64,000 bases of DNA from Octopus sinensis (lineage: Eukaryota), in NCBI RefSeq assembly GCF_006345805.1, contig NC_043003.1, forward strand, positions 23,932,001 through 23,996,000, in the 5' to 3' direction. This document shows positions 11,260 to 24,267 of the stretch, one piece after another. Positions within the stretch are counted from its first letter, which is position 1, and the number at the start of each line of letters is the position of its first letter. The notes below the pieces were generated by a model, which saw only the letters and a program-made list of their open reading frames with translations, was not told where the DNA came from and made no database searches. A program made the translations under genes and the position numbers.

Positions 11260-13304
11260 TTACTTACTTGTGTCGAAAGTTTTGGCTTCCTCGTTCTTGA
11301 TGTGTCTTCGAGGAGGTTTCTATATAGTTTTTGGGACAGATATTTCTGGAAACCCCCTACAGCATTGGGAAGAGGGCTTTGAGTTTGTGGTGTTGTGTTT
11401 GTGTGATGTGTAGTATTTTGATGTGTTTGGGTGGTGTAGTGCGTGGATGATTGCTATTTTTAAAGTCATCTTCACAAATGTTTGTGTATCCTGTGATGTA
11501 CTCCATTAGTTTGGAGTCTTTTGTGTCTATCGCTGATAGCATTGTTTTTGGGTGTTGGTGCTTGTTTTGTTGTGTATGGAGTTTTCAGGGTTCAGGTATC
11601 TCCCTGCTTTGGTTGCGATTTCTTGTTTGGTTTTTCTTGATCTTTTTCTTTTACCCCCTGTGGCTATTTGCCATTCTGTCGAACTTTCATCGTTAGATGA
11701 AAAGTCTGACGAATCAGCAGGGGGCAAGGGTAAAGCGTCTGGGTGTGTTTGTGCGGTTGTAGATATTGTGGTGGTGCGCGGGGAGGGTGTTGCTGGGGGG
11801 TTTGTTGTGGTTATTGTCTCTCTCCTACATCCTTGGTGCTTGTCTTCTTCGTTGTTATTCTTGGTGTTGGAATTGGTTTATTTGTTGTTGGTGGTGATGA
11901 TTCTGTTCTTGGCGCTGGTGTTGGTGTTGTTTGGTTGGGTTGGCTTGTTCTTTGTTTGTTTTTCCTGCATTTCCGCATACAGCTTCTTGACTAGCTGTCC
12001 ATATTGTGGTGTGGGCAATAATCCTGGCTTTTGTGATTTTTCCTGTGGCTGTTGTTGTTGTTGTAATTTTGCGGCAGATTTGCACTCCTTTTTGAGGTGT
12101 GCCTCACTGCCACATGTATAGCATCGTGGCCTTCTGCCCTCGACTACTACGTATAACTTGCGGCCATCCTCAAGATGTACGTGGGTGGGGATTTTATTTA
12201 TGTCCTCTTGACTTATGTGGAAGAGGAACTCTATTCTCTTTCCCAGCCAGTCCTTGTTTTCCGAAACACCGATATCTAGGATGTTTATGTCCTCCATTTC
12301 GGATGTTACGGCGGATGTAATCCACAGTGTTGTAGTCACTTGGGGGACACCACTGATAATGACTTTCGTCACCTTCTGGCCGAGGTAACTCGGTGTCAAC
12401 GTTAGTTCATCAGAATGAAGGGTTATCGTTGAGAATTTCTTCGCCAACTCTTCATTCTGAAAAACCACCTGTACGTGTGCGAACTTGTTCGCCCAAGTCA
12501 CACAATCCTTGTATCCCCAGATGGGGCGTAAGCACTTTTCGACTTTGTCTGTGCTTGCCTTTTCTGGACTTTTTGTTTTTTTATTTGTGATTTTATATAC
12601 AATTGTCTTTTTTTTCTCCTCATTCAGTATGTGCTGAGGTATGTGTAAGAGTATTTTTCCGTTTTGATTTGTAATAAGGTTTCTGCAATCTTTAATCTGT
12701 TGTGTAGTAAACGAAACTTTTGTTACCTTTTCTTTATCGCCTCGGCGAAGTTTGTTGTTGTTTTGTTATTGTTGTTACTGTTGATGTTGATGGCAGGGGT
12801 GTGGGTTGTAGGTTTGTGGTTGCTGATTATGCAACTAGCAAGGGGTGGAAAATTGCCTGCGTAATTTAGTCCTGCATTAGCGCAAATTTCGGCATTTCGT
12901 TTGCTTGTCGTCGTTATTTTTTCACTTGTTGGTGATGGAGTGAGCAGTGGTTGAAGGGAATTGTTGTTGTCGTCGTCATGTTGTTGTGTTGTTGTTGTTG
13001 TTGTTGTTGTTGTTATTGTCGTTCTTGGTGACGGCGGTGGTGTTAGTAGTATTAGTAGCATTGACGGCACGGTCTTTGGGGCGGTGATGGTGATGTTGGT
13101 ATTGTTATTGGTGCGACGTCTTTAGTAGGGATAGCAGTTTTAGTAGCAGATTCTGCCATGGTGTTGTTTCGGTGTTGGTGGTGGTGGTGGACTCACTGAT
13201 GGTGTTGACGGTGCTTGGCCTTGCGACCTTTGTTTTGTATTTGTTGCTGTTGTCGATGTTGATGGTGGCGGAGTTGTCAGGTTCAGCGTAAGGTAACAGA
13301 GCAT
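11260..13304 (-). pseudogene. Tx1 ORF1 (gag-like) with low-complexity termini and one zinc knuckle (frameshifted as given)
   Basis: VVVEGRRPRCYTCGSEAHLKKEC (CX2CX4HX4C at 12082-12123). ORF pieces at 13140-13304, 12723-13070, 11878-12501, 11527-11727 and 11357-11542 are collinear upstream of ORF2. Start and end are approximate. Confidence 0.75.
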
Positions 13305-13306
13305 CC

Positions 13307-13332
13307 TAGATAGATAGATAGATAGATGATAG

Positions 13333-13380
<48 letters not shown>

Positions 13381-13388
13381 AGAAAGAT
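13307..13388 (+). repeat. (GATA)n microsatellite at the Tx1 5' junction
   Basis: Direct reading. Confidence 0.95.
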
Positions 13389-13727
13389 ATATATATATAT
13401 ATATACATAGACAGATAGATGTGTACGTGTGTGTGTGTTGGTTGCTTTGTGACTTTTCTCCCACACATCTCAGCTGTGTTTTCAAATTCTGCTTTGTTCT
13501 ATTATGTGAAAAGTCCCTTGAGAGAGGACAACACACAGTACCAATGTCAGGTCCAACAACTGGAATTTTTCTTGCGTCACTTGAGAAACCTCATTATATT
13601 CTTCACTGTAATTTACATCAGTATATAATAAGGTTATGGCGACGCGCAGTAACTTGCCCATTTACAATCGCGTATACTAGGGTATCATTGGTGAAGTGTA
13701 AGCATTTGTTATACATATTTTATACGT

Positions 13728-13808
13728 TTCGTATATTTGTACTGTGATGTGAAACCCCATTTGTCTTCGTACATTTGTACTGTGATGTGAAACCCCATTT
13801 GTCTTCGT
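13728..13808 (+). repeat. 38-bp tandem duplication (2.1 copies)
   Basis: ttcgta(t/c)atttgtactgtgatgtgaaaccccatttgtc occurs twice with 1 mismatch. Confidence 0.9.
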
Positions 13809-14081
13809 GGTCGATAAACAGTGAAATATAGGGGCCAATACATATCTCATTTCCACTGTATTTTCCCTTCTTTAGACTAAACATACTTTCTTCAAGGTTT
13901 GCACAGCGATTGTCTACCTATGGTTTAAAATAACAAATTCCTGCAGGATAACGGTGTGGTGAACCTACAAATCTATTTCGAATTGCAGTGGAGTTCAATG
14001 ATAGCAGCTGGTGGGAAATGTAAGTGGATTTTTGCAGCTGGGTCCATGAGTTGTGCTTCTGTTAATATAGTATGTAAAATT

Positions 14082-14299
14082 AAGGCGACGAGCTGGTAGA
14101 ACTGTTAGCACTCCGGGCAAAATGCTTAGTGGTATTTCGCCCGTCGTTACGTTCTGAGTTCAAATTCCACCGAAGTCGACTTTACTTTTTATCCTTTCGG
14201 AGTCGATGAAAGAAGTATCAGTTGAACATTGGTGTCGATGTAATTCCCTTATTCGCTGCCTTAAAATCGCTGGCCTTGTGTCAAAATGTGAAACCAATA
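14082..14299 (+). mobile_element. SINE family B, near complete
   Basis: Head aaggcgacgagctggtagaactgttagc, B-box-like gagttcaaattcc. Homologs at 1143, 52495, 54375, 56066 and 61427. Confidence 0.8.
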
Positions 14300-14328
14300 T
14301 AGTGTGTGGTATAAGTAGTATTTTATGT

Positions 14329-14630
14329 GGAGGTGCAATGGCCCAGTGGTTAGAGCAGTGGACTCCCGGTCGTAGGATCGCGGTTTCGATTCCCAGACCG
14401 AGCGTTGTGATTGTTTATTGAGCAAAAACACTTAAAGCTCCACGAGGCTCCGGCAGGGGGTGGTGACGATCCCTGCTGTACTCTTTCGCCACAACTTTAT
14501 CTCACTCCTTCTTCTGTTGGCCTGCTCGCTTATCCAGCGGAGTGGCATCGTTTGAAGGCTAAAACAATGCGAATCGCATTGTGACCAGCGATGTGCAGCA
14601 ACATCTGATAGCCTGGTCGGTCACGGTGAT
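14329..14630 (+). mobile_element. tRNA-derived SINE family C (tRNA-Arg-like head; possibly octopus OR-type)
   Basis: A box tggcccagtgg and B box ggtttcgattcc. Head and body shared with 40690 and 48241, tail different. Confidence 0.85.
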
Positions 14631-15189
14631 CCCGGTGATAAGTGCTATTTTAGATAGGATGAAGTTATCTGCATTATACAATCATGGATCTACGTCGCTG
14701 TTTGATTTCTTTGAATTCAGCCAAAAGTCACTTCTTTCTGACGTCCAGAAACCGAACCTTATGAGTACGCTGGCGTTTGGCTTCGATTTTGCTGGGAGAC
14801 TCAGTTTGATGATGTTAACTTCTCTCGGCTTACTAAGGTCATGAAATTTCGTTTGTTCCTCAACTAGATGATGACGTATTAATCTTTTCTTGAATTCAAC
14901 AGCCCACGTACTACTATAATTTTCTTAACGATCATCTGGCTTAGCGTGTTTGATATAACATCAGCTTCGTACACAACTGTCATTACACTGCGAGCTTGAC
15001 ATGATGGACAAGAATTTGCATCTCTGTTGATGCGTTGATCTGTTTCACATATTTGAAATTAGAACTTTATCTAGGCATGGTGACGCGCAGTCATGTTTGT
15101 TTGGTTAAGAAGCATGCTTTGCTTCGGTATCAGTTCCACTGTACAGGTGACTGTATGCCTGTGTTTGTCTCTCTAACACCACTCCACGA

Positions 15190-15345
15190 CCGCTGTTCAT
15201 TTGTTTACCTCCTGATAACTTAGACGTTCAGTAACAGAGACAAGGAAGATAATACCAGACTTGAAAATAAATGCTCCAGCATGGCCACAAAGCAATGTCC
15301 CAGCATGGCCACAGTACAATGACTGAAACAAGTGCAAGATAAAAT
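15190..15345 (+). mobile_element. Degenerate SINE family A 3' part with a duplicated cagcatggccaca
   Basis: gctccagcatggccaca...cagcatggccacagtacaatgactgaaacaagt matches the family A tail. Confidence 0.6.
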
Positions 15346-15849
15346 ATTAGTTGTACCTCAACAGACAAAAGTTTTCATCTAAAACTTTGAATCAGTAAAC
15401 ATCTAGTTCTCATTTAAAATTAGAAGCCAGGATTATGACGCTGAAATGTTCAGATATGCTTTCGGCTCTATTTCAGGTGTTAGGTTATCGTCTAGCTGAA
15501 ATTTCTCACACGCATGGAGATCTTCACGTTCAGGCACTTGAGTACGATATATTCAGTATATAAATCAATTAATATTGCTTTATATTTGAATCCGAAAATA
15601 TTAAGCTAGAAAAGTTCTTAGTTCAGCAGAAGTTGGTTCTTGATCTCATACTAAAGCTACAGGGATTTTAATACATCATTTTGCTACTACTTTGTTACAA
15701 GCGATTGCGCATAACCGGTTCCCGGTGATGTCAGAGGACAAATTAAGATTACATACACACACATCACAAATATATATATATACATACACACACACACATA
15801 TATAAACGTATGTATATATTTGTGTATGTGTGTAAATTATATGTTATAT

Positions 15850-15890
<41 letters not shown>

Positions 15891-16238
15891 GTTTGTATGT
15901 ATGCTTGCATGTATGTATGTTACTATGTTATTTTCCAAGAACGAGAGATACAGGAAATACAATGGGAAGTGTTAAAAATCATCCAGTTTATAAATAACAT
16001 AGTTTCATCGATTTCTTCGACGCTATTTTAGCAACATTTTCTGACATTCTACCATTATCTGAAATTCTACAGAGCGTAATAAAAGCGTCAATAAAGACGG
16101 TTGCATTAAATTGAATGACAACTGCGGAATTGTCGAGCTTAAAACTCATATATAATTATAAGGTATATATATATATATATATTATATATATACACGTAAG
16201 CGTATGTAAATACTTATGCATATATATATATCTATACA

Positions 16239-16287
<49 letters not shown>

Positions 16288-16301
16288 TTTCAATTTTTAT
16301 A

Positions 16302-16445
16302 CTTTTACTTGTTTCAATCATTGATTGCGCCCATGCTGCAGCAGCGCTTTTAGTCGAACAAATCCATCCCAACACATATACTTTAAAGCAAGAACACCAA
16401 CATCACCTCTGAAGCGAACGTGGCTGGAACAAATACAGACACACA
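16302..16445 (-). mobile_element. SINE family A, internally deleted
   Basis: Reverse complement carries gtgtctgtatttgttcc and the tail gctgcagcatgggcgcaatcaatgattgaaacaagtaaaag. Confidence 0.65.
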
Positions 16446-17286
16446 AATACATACATACATACATACATACGTACATACATACATACATACATACATACAT
16501 ACATACATACATACATGCATATATATATATATATATATAATATATATATATATATTATATATATATACAACATGTGTGTTTGTCTACGTATATATATATA
16601 CGCATATACAAAGTAAATGCTTACATATGTATTGCTATATAAACATAGATTAACACGTTTGTATATATGTGTATATGTATAGGTATATATGTGCGTGTAT
16701 ATGCGTGTGTACGTGTGTGTGTGTGGAAAAAGAGACAAAGGTATACATATGTCTATACATACTTTTATATATACATACACACACGCATGCATATGCATAT
16801 ATACATACACACATGCATGCATATGCATATATACATACATGCATACATACACGCATACATACATAACTATATATATACGCACGTACAACATACGTAAGTA
16901 CGTATGTACAAAAACGGATACATGCACGCAGCCACGTATTTACTGACATATCCACGCATTAAATAATTATAATTTGTGTCTGAACATTTGAAATTCCTGG
17001 TCAATCCGGTCGCGTATATTTATGTTAGCGAGTTTGCATATAAATATGCGAATATATATTCATAGTTGAGACAACGACTATTTAATTTCTCTGCGTGTCT
17101 GTCCCTGTGAACACTAGTAAATCAATCAGTGAATGTGCACCTATAAACATATAGGTAGGTGTATTAAGTAAATGGTTATGTAAATAAATCTACATGAACA
17201 GTCTTTTAATTTTCGTTATCTCTTCGTATATATATGTATGTATGTATGTATTTATGTATGTATATATGCATGTATGTATGTATATA

Positions 17287-17366
<80 letters not shown>

Positions 17367-17480
17367 TGTGTGCGTGTATATATACATTTATATATACATA
17401 TAAAAAGAGAAAGAGTGTGTATTTGCGAGAGACAAAGACCGACAGTCAGCAAAAGAGACTCACACAAAATTATATGTGTC

Positions 17481-17586
<106 letters not shown>

Positions 17587-17691
17587 CATAGAGAGATACA
17601 GACATACACAATAATACATGCATGCATACATATTCATATACTTTACATATAAGTACATATAAGTACGTATCATGTATCTATATGTAGATAA

Positions 17692-17746
<55 letters not shown>

Positions 17747-18486
17747 TTATATATATATATTATATATATATTATATATTATATATATATATGTGTGTATA
17801 TATATATGTATGTATTATACATATATATGTTTATATATATAACATACATATATATAGATAGATACGTACTTATAAATACATATATATATATTATATACAT
17901 ACACACACGCACATGTGCATACCTATGGAACGTTTCTGTGTAATATTGCAATATGTTATAAAATTTGATAAAATGACATTACAAAATCAAATTTCTAACT
18001 TTTAATTGATTTGATGTATATTAGATTCTCACACGCAAGGCTTGATAACCGCACAGTTACATACACACTTTACATGTGTGTGTCTGTGTATGTGTGTGTC
18101 TGTGTATGTGTGCGTATGTATATGTATATGCATGTATGCTTTCCTCATGCCATGCAACTTATGTTGCTATTGAAGAGTATCTGTATAGCGCTTGTGAGCT
18201 TATAAAATTCATTATACACAGTAATGGGACAAGGTGAATGTTATACATTGATTAATAAGTTTTCATAATTGATTAAAATTCGGTCCATTTTTCTACACTA
18301 GCCAATTGTAAGATAGAATGATAGCGAGTTGTTTACTGCAACCTATGAGCCCCTATATTGATTCACACACACACACACACACACATATTCATGTTTATAT
18401 ATATATAATATAATATATAATATATATATAGATATATATATATATATATATATATGTATATTTATATATGTATATATAATCATTTA

Positions 18487-18682
18487 TTCTTTTGTTTGTT
18501 TCATTCACATGACTGCAGCCATGCTGGAAAATCACCTTAAACGATTTTGGTGGAATAAATCAACACCAGGACTTATTGTTTGTAAGCCTAGTACTAATTC
18601 TATCAGTCTCTTTTGCCGAATCGTTACGTTACGGGGACGTAAACACACCAACAAGTGATGGTGGAGAGACAAACACAGACTC
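18487..18682 (-). mobile_element. SINE family A 3' half
   Basis: Reverse complement contains gtgtttacgtccccgtaacgtaacgattcggcaaaagagactgatagaattagtactaggcttac and the family tail. Confidence 0.8.
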
Positions 18683-18719
18683 AAAGGCACAGACACACAC
18701 TATATGTGTGTACCTTCAT

Positions 18720-18789
<70 letters not shown>

Positions 18790-18802
18790 TATATACACAT
18801 AT

Positions 18803-19163
18803 TAATTAGAGATAAAACCACTATTAGGCAAATCAAACAGTGAAAATCATAAACCAATACATAGAATACAATTAATTAATACTCTTTATCTTATATTAAA
18901 CTTTTAATACTTTTTGATAGTATATATAAAAAAAGAATAAATAAATAAATAAAATAATAACCATATATATATATATACATATATTTAAAACTTATAACTT
19001 TAAATTATTAATTAAAATAATTTTTAAAAATTTTAACTTTAATTTAAATATTTTAATTTTGAATTTTATATTTTATATATTTTTTATTAATTAATTTTAT
19101 TTCTATGTATTGGTTTATGATTTTCACTGTTTCAATTGCCTAATAGAGGTTTTATCTCTAATT
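18803..19163. mobile_element. Hairpin/MITE-like element with ~80-bp inverted arms in a TA-rich context
   Basis: aattagagataaaaccactattaggcaaatcaaacagtgaaaatcataaaccaatacataga pairs with its near-exact reverse complement at ~19085-19163. Confidence 0.8.
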
Positions 19164-19350
19164 TGATATAATATAATATAACATATATATATCTATACTA
19201 TAAAATTGGATTTAATCCTAAATCTAATTTTTCCCTGTAAGTTTAGATTTACTCCCTAATATTATTATTATATATACATATATATATATATAAATAATAT
19301 ATACATACATACTTACATGTATACGTATATGTACATGAAAAATGTCGAAA

Positions 19351-19654
19351 AAGGACGTCATGAAACATGTACAACAAAAAGAATACGAAGTACGAGTACT
19401 TGGAATGTGAGCTACTTTTTCGAACAACGAAAGAAACAAATAGAAAACAAGACAAGCAATATAAAGAACGACCCTTCGTCAGTTGTTAAACGCTCGAAAT
19501 ACGAGTGTAGAAAAACAGTCAACAACTAATAAAAGGCCATTCTTTATATTGTTTGTGTTGTTTTCCATTTGCGTCTTTCGTTGTTCGAAAAATAGCTCAT
19601 ATTCCATGTTCTCGTACTTCGTATTTTTTGTTGTACACGTTTCGTGACGTCCTG
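19351..19654. mobile_element. Hairpin/MITE-like element with ~130-bp inverted arms
   Basis: ggacgtcatgaaacatgtacaacaaaaagaatacgaagtacgag... versus the reverse complement of 19525-19654 (ggacgtcacgaaacgtgtacaacaaaaaatacgaagtacgag...). Confidence 0.8.
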
Positions 19655-19844
19655 TGCCCACATATGCATGTATATATACGTATAGATGCATGTGCATATA
19701 CGTATGTATATATGCATACATATATATATGTATATATATTATTTATATTATTATATGACTGAACGCCACGCATCATCTTCCAAGTAAGTTTTATCTATAT
19801 ACATATGTACATATATATAAATATACATATGTACATATATATAC

Positions 19845-19879
<35 letters not shown>

Positions 19880-19919
19880 ATATATATATATATGTGTGGT
19901 GTGTGTGTGTGTGTGTGTG

Positions 19920-19968
<49 letters not shown>

Positions 19969-20162
19969 TACATACACACACGTACTAGGCAGAAGATAAA
20001 CTATTTTTACTTCAAATTTTCGTAAATGTTTACTGATATTTGATGTGATTCATCGTAACCGATAAGATTTTCTTTATATAGTTTTTAAAATCATTTTTCT
20101 TAAATTCCCTCTTAAAGTTAAACGTCTTAGACTTACTTCCATGGTATTCTCCCTCCATATTT

Positions 20163-20582
20163 TATGTCTCTCTTTCCCCGTCTGTCTTGATAGACAATGA
20201 GTTGCGCCATGGGTGGGGCCTACTTTGATGATGTGCAGCGTCTGCTGTGACTGAACAGTCCAATTCTAGAGTGGCAGTCCTTGGTACATTTGCTGCACAC
20301 GAACATCGATGGGTACGTGTGGGGTGTTGCTGCAGTTGTCCTCCTCCTCTCCCGCCTGTCCAACCACAGCTGTGCTCTCCTTTCCTCAGCCATGGAAACG
20401 CCTTTCCTCACCGTCCGACGCCAGGCAGAGCGGTCAGCAGCTGTTTCCTCCCACGTGTCCACACAGATGTTGGCAGTCCTCAGGTCGCGCTTGCACACGT
20501 CCCTGTATCGTAGCTGTGGACGTCCCTTGGGTCGGGATCCCGTGTTGAGTTCGCTGTACAGTTCGCTGTGAGTTCGCTGTAC
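20163..20582 (-). mobile_element. RTE-clade LINE 3' end (5'-truncated)
   Basis: YSEL..GSRPKGRPQLRYRDVCKRDL...WEETAADRSAWR...FVCSKCTKDCHSRIGLFSHSRRC is the typical RTE C-terminus with a C2H2-like finger. The frame is open. Confidence 0.9.
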
Positions 20583-20613
<31 letters not shown>

Positions 20614-20618
20614 ATATA

Positions 20619-20674
<56 letters not shown>

Positions 20675-20689
20675 AGTCCACAACAATAA

Positions 20690-21720
20690 TAGGAATGGAA
20701 ATAAAAATCCTAATAACAATACTAATAAAAATATTATTAAAAATGTTGCATGAATAATAGTATAAACATAAATCGTGATATCCATACCAGTAATTATGGT
20801 GAACAGAATTATAACCGAGCTACTAATAGTAGCATTATTAATCATTATATTAAGGATGGGAAATGAATAATATAAAAGATCACAAACGCAAAATTAACCA
20901 TGCGCACAGAAATACATCTTTGATGTATTGTAACAACACTGATATAACCAAAAATCAAAGTTGGCTTATAGTTCTGTCTGTTTTGGAGATTAAAACAAAC
21001 TGAGTTAAATCTATATTCAAGATTATTAATAAGCATCGTAATACCAAAAATAGATGTTTCGCAATTATTAACAGTGAAATAATAAAGATAGGCTACAGTT
21101 TAACCTATGACTTAGTTAAAATCATAGCCACCTTAAATATTAAAAACCTAGACATATAATGATATTAATGATAACTATCCTAACTACCCCAAACCTAATG
21201 CAATACTTACAGCTATAATAACCCTGTAAACTATAATAGTATACCTCCGAATAACCACTTCTCTAGAAATAGTAATGAAGTAGCAAATAACTCTCCCCCG
21301 CACAATTACATGTGACTGCAGAAGTTAAATTAATAACTGTGTTCCTAAAAACACATGTGAAATAAAAAGTGTAATCTCCAGTGTACAGTAACAAAATAAT
21401 ATAACAAACATATCTGTATAGGTGCCACCCAAAATGAAATGAAGAAACGCATCATTACACACTTTTCAAAGCAGGAATAAATATAACTCAACTGGATTGA
21501 CTAAATTCATTTGGGAACTTAAGGATCAAAATATCAGCTTTGATTTGGAATGGGATATACTTACATCAACACACTACTGTAGTGTAAAAAGTTTTTTAAA
21601 TTTTATCTCTGTACTAATGAAAAATGTTTCATCCTAATGGTTAGAATCCTCTTGTTCCTAGACTCCTCTTGAGAGAGCAACAAATTCAATCTTGTTAGCA
21701 CATAGGTAAACATGTAGTCT
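20690..21720 (+). mobile_element. Penelope-like element 3' part (linker + GIY-YIG endonuclease), degenerate
   Basis: KIINKH...IIKIGYS; TCDCRS; KSVI.QCTV; IGATQNEMKKR; STGLTKFIWELKDQNISFDLEWDIL; LCTNEKCFIL; LVST. Confidence 0.8.
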
Positions 21721-22331
21721 CTAAATATAATTGAAACTAGTTAATTTTCTACTCCCCCACTCCCTATAATAGCACCCATAATTTTTCACCCTAACCATAG
21801 ATAAATATGAACTTAATTGATTAATTAATTAATTAATTAAATTGATTGGTTAATTAATTAATTTCTACCTCATTTTGTTAGAACTCAGTATTTAAATATC
21901 TTGAAAGAAACACACCAATTCCCCCTCTAGTCCAATAACGTATTTATACCACTTTCCCCCACACAACGAAACACTCTCATTACCTAAAGTAAATATTAAC
22001 TTTTCACTCTTATATAGGTACGTACCTATCTTTCTTTCTACATTAATTTACACATAACTCTATATGTATGTGTGTAGATCTGTATCTATATGGCTACTTG
22101 TGTATGCATAAGTACAACCATGGATATATGTGTGTAGACCTACGAATGCCCATATCTGTGCAGAGACGAGCGGCAAGATAAATATGTATATGCACAGATA
22201 TACACACCACCTTCCTAGATTCTAACTAGTCCCATTGGGCCACCCCTCCGTTTGGTTTTCTGAAAAACTTTGCAATCCACTTTACTCTACCTTTGCTATT
22301 TACTTTAGCAATTTAATCGTTTTCACTCACA

Positions 22332-22428
<97 letters not shown>

Positions 22429-23584
22429 ATATAAATATAAACATATTATATTGTGCTGTATAACATTATAGACTGGATATAGCCCGTCCATCTATGCATA
22501 GCACATAACTTAATATACTACATAAATAACACTGGCTAAACATTCTTAACCTCTTGAGAAATACATACGTATGCTTAGATATTACTTGATAAATCAATAA
22601 TTGCCTCCTCTCCTTAACCACAAATACTCATAACTTTCCCCTTCTACATTATACACTTCCCGTCTGCACGGTTATAAGCGACCTATGCTCCTTACAACAA
22701 ATATTAATTGTTTACCTATTTCCGTTTCATCGATTAATGTTTTTTTTAATGTCCATCATTTTGTTTTTGAAATTAACTGACCAATAGTATCTTCTTACTG
22801 TCCAGACTATTCCTACTCCTGATTTGGGGGTTCAGGTATGCCCCACATATAATGCTAAGTAATATACATAGAAAATCCGAGATAAATAATAAATTATAAT
22901 CAACTGTTATTATTCAGTTCTGTAACTACCGGTATTTTCAATTCTATTTCTTACATTTTATTTTAATTTTATGACCTAACCAAATTGCTCATATAGTTGT
23001 TATATATTTAGCCCACGCCGGCAGTAGCCTTCTCCCCCATATATAAGAATGTACCACTAAGTATTATGACTATCCCAATTCTATTACTAAAGTTTCCAAG
23101 AGGGATTGCACGTAACATCAATTGATGTATCATCGTTTCTCACTTTCTCCGTCTTTTTCTTTTTCTCTTATTTATATTTTTCTTTACTCTTCCGCTGTCA
23201 TGAAGTTCCGCTATTCAAACTGGTATAATTACTTACTTACAATGATAATTATTATTATTATTCTGGCGGTTAAGCCTGGGAATGGCGCTAACGGAAACAG
23301 GTCTAAGATGACATTCTGTCCTTTGTTAATTAATTAATAAATCATAATTGGTGCACATCAGTTATCATTCATCAATTTTATCCCCATTTTTTGTTTTCCT
23401 TAAACATAGATGAACTTCGGTTTATTCTTGTCATTACCTACCATTTATGAGAATTACTAATACACATAATCACAAGTAGGTAATACAACCAGTTGATTCA
23501 TTAGATACAAGTATCCCTCAGACGGTCGTTATAGCCTCTAACTTAACTCACCGCTACTATATATAAGTATGTGTGTATATGCTT

Positions 23585-23792
23585 GTGTGTCTGTGTTTGT
23601 CCCCCCAACTTCGCTTTACAACCGATGCTGATGTGTTTACGTCCCCGTAACTTGGCGGTTCAGGTAAAGAGACCGATAGAATAAGTACTAGGCTTACAAA
23701 GAAGATGTCCTGGGGTCGATTTGCTCGACTAAAGGCGGTGCTCCAGCATGGCCACAGTCAAATGACTGAACAAGGAAAAGAGTAAAAAGAGT
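23585..23792 (+). mobile_element. SINE family A 3' half
   Basis: High similarity to ~57390-57601, including the tail ...cagcatggccacagtcaaatgactgaa. Confidence 0.88.
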
Positions 23793-24228
23793 AATGATAT
23801 ATATATATATATATGTATATGAATATGTAATGATGATATATATATATAATATATATATCATATATATATATATGTATATGAATATGTAATGATATATATA
23901 TATATGTATATGTATATATGTATGTATGCATGTATGTATGTATGTATGTATGCATGCATGCATGTATGTATGTATGTATATAAATTGAAAGAAAAGAAAA
24001 GAAATAGGACAAAATTTCCATCCTAGTCATTTCGCCTGATGAAATTCTAATGGAGTATTACCTAAAGATGTCTCAATTTATATAAGCATGGTATATCATA
24101 GTGTTATATGGTCTCGTACGCTATTACTTGTTGAATTATATGATTCATTGTGTTAATTATAAATTTTATCTCCAAAGCGCGTATAGTAATGGCGAAATTA
24201 TGAATTCGTTTCATGTTTAGGACAATAT

Positions 24229-24267
<39 letters not shown>

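Larger units (their letters stand above)
7357..13306 (-). mobile_element. Tx1-type (L1 superfamily) non-LTR retrotransposon, near full length, within (GATA)n
   Basis: ORF1 with CCHC knuckle and ORF2 with APE, RT and C-terminal CCHC. ~500-bp T-rich 3'UTR ending aataaagaaaca followed by (TATC)7 (7329-7356). (GATA)n also at 13307-13388. Confidence 0.92.

Noticed and set aside
14329-14405. tRNA-like sequences at SINE heads (also 36136, 40690, 48470, 57181, 61665)
   Set aside because: Acceptor stems do not pair and all continue into SINE bodies; not tRNA genes.
14650-14990. ~80-codon stop-poor minus-strand frame (WAVEFKKRLIRHHL...)
   Set aside because: No start or splice context and no recognisable motif; may be a decayed TE. 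Needs tBLASTx.
24000-24050. CTGATGA preceded by GAAA-TAGGA...TCCTA (possible type II hammerhead)
   Set aside because: The A15.1-U16.1 pair and stem I cannot be formed.
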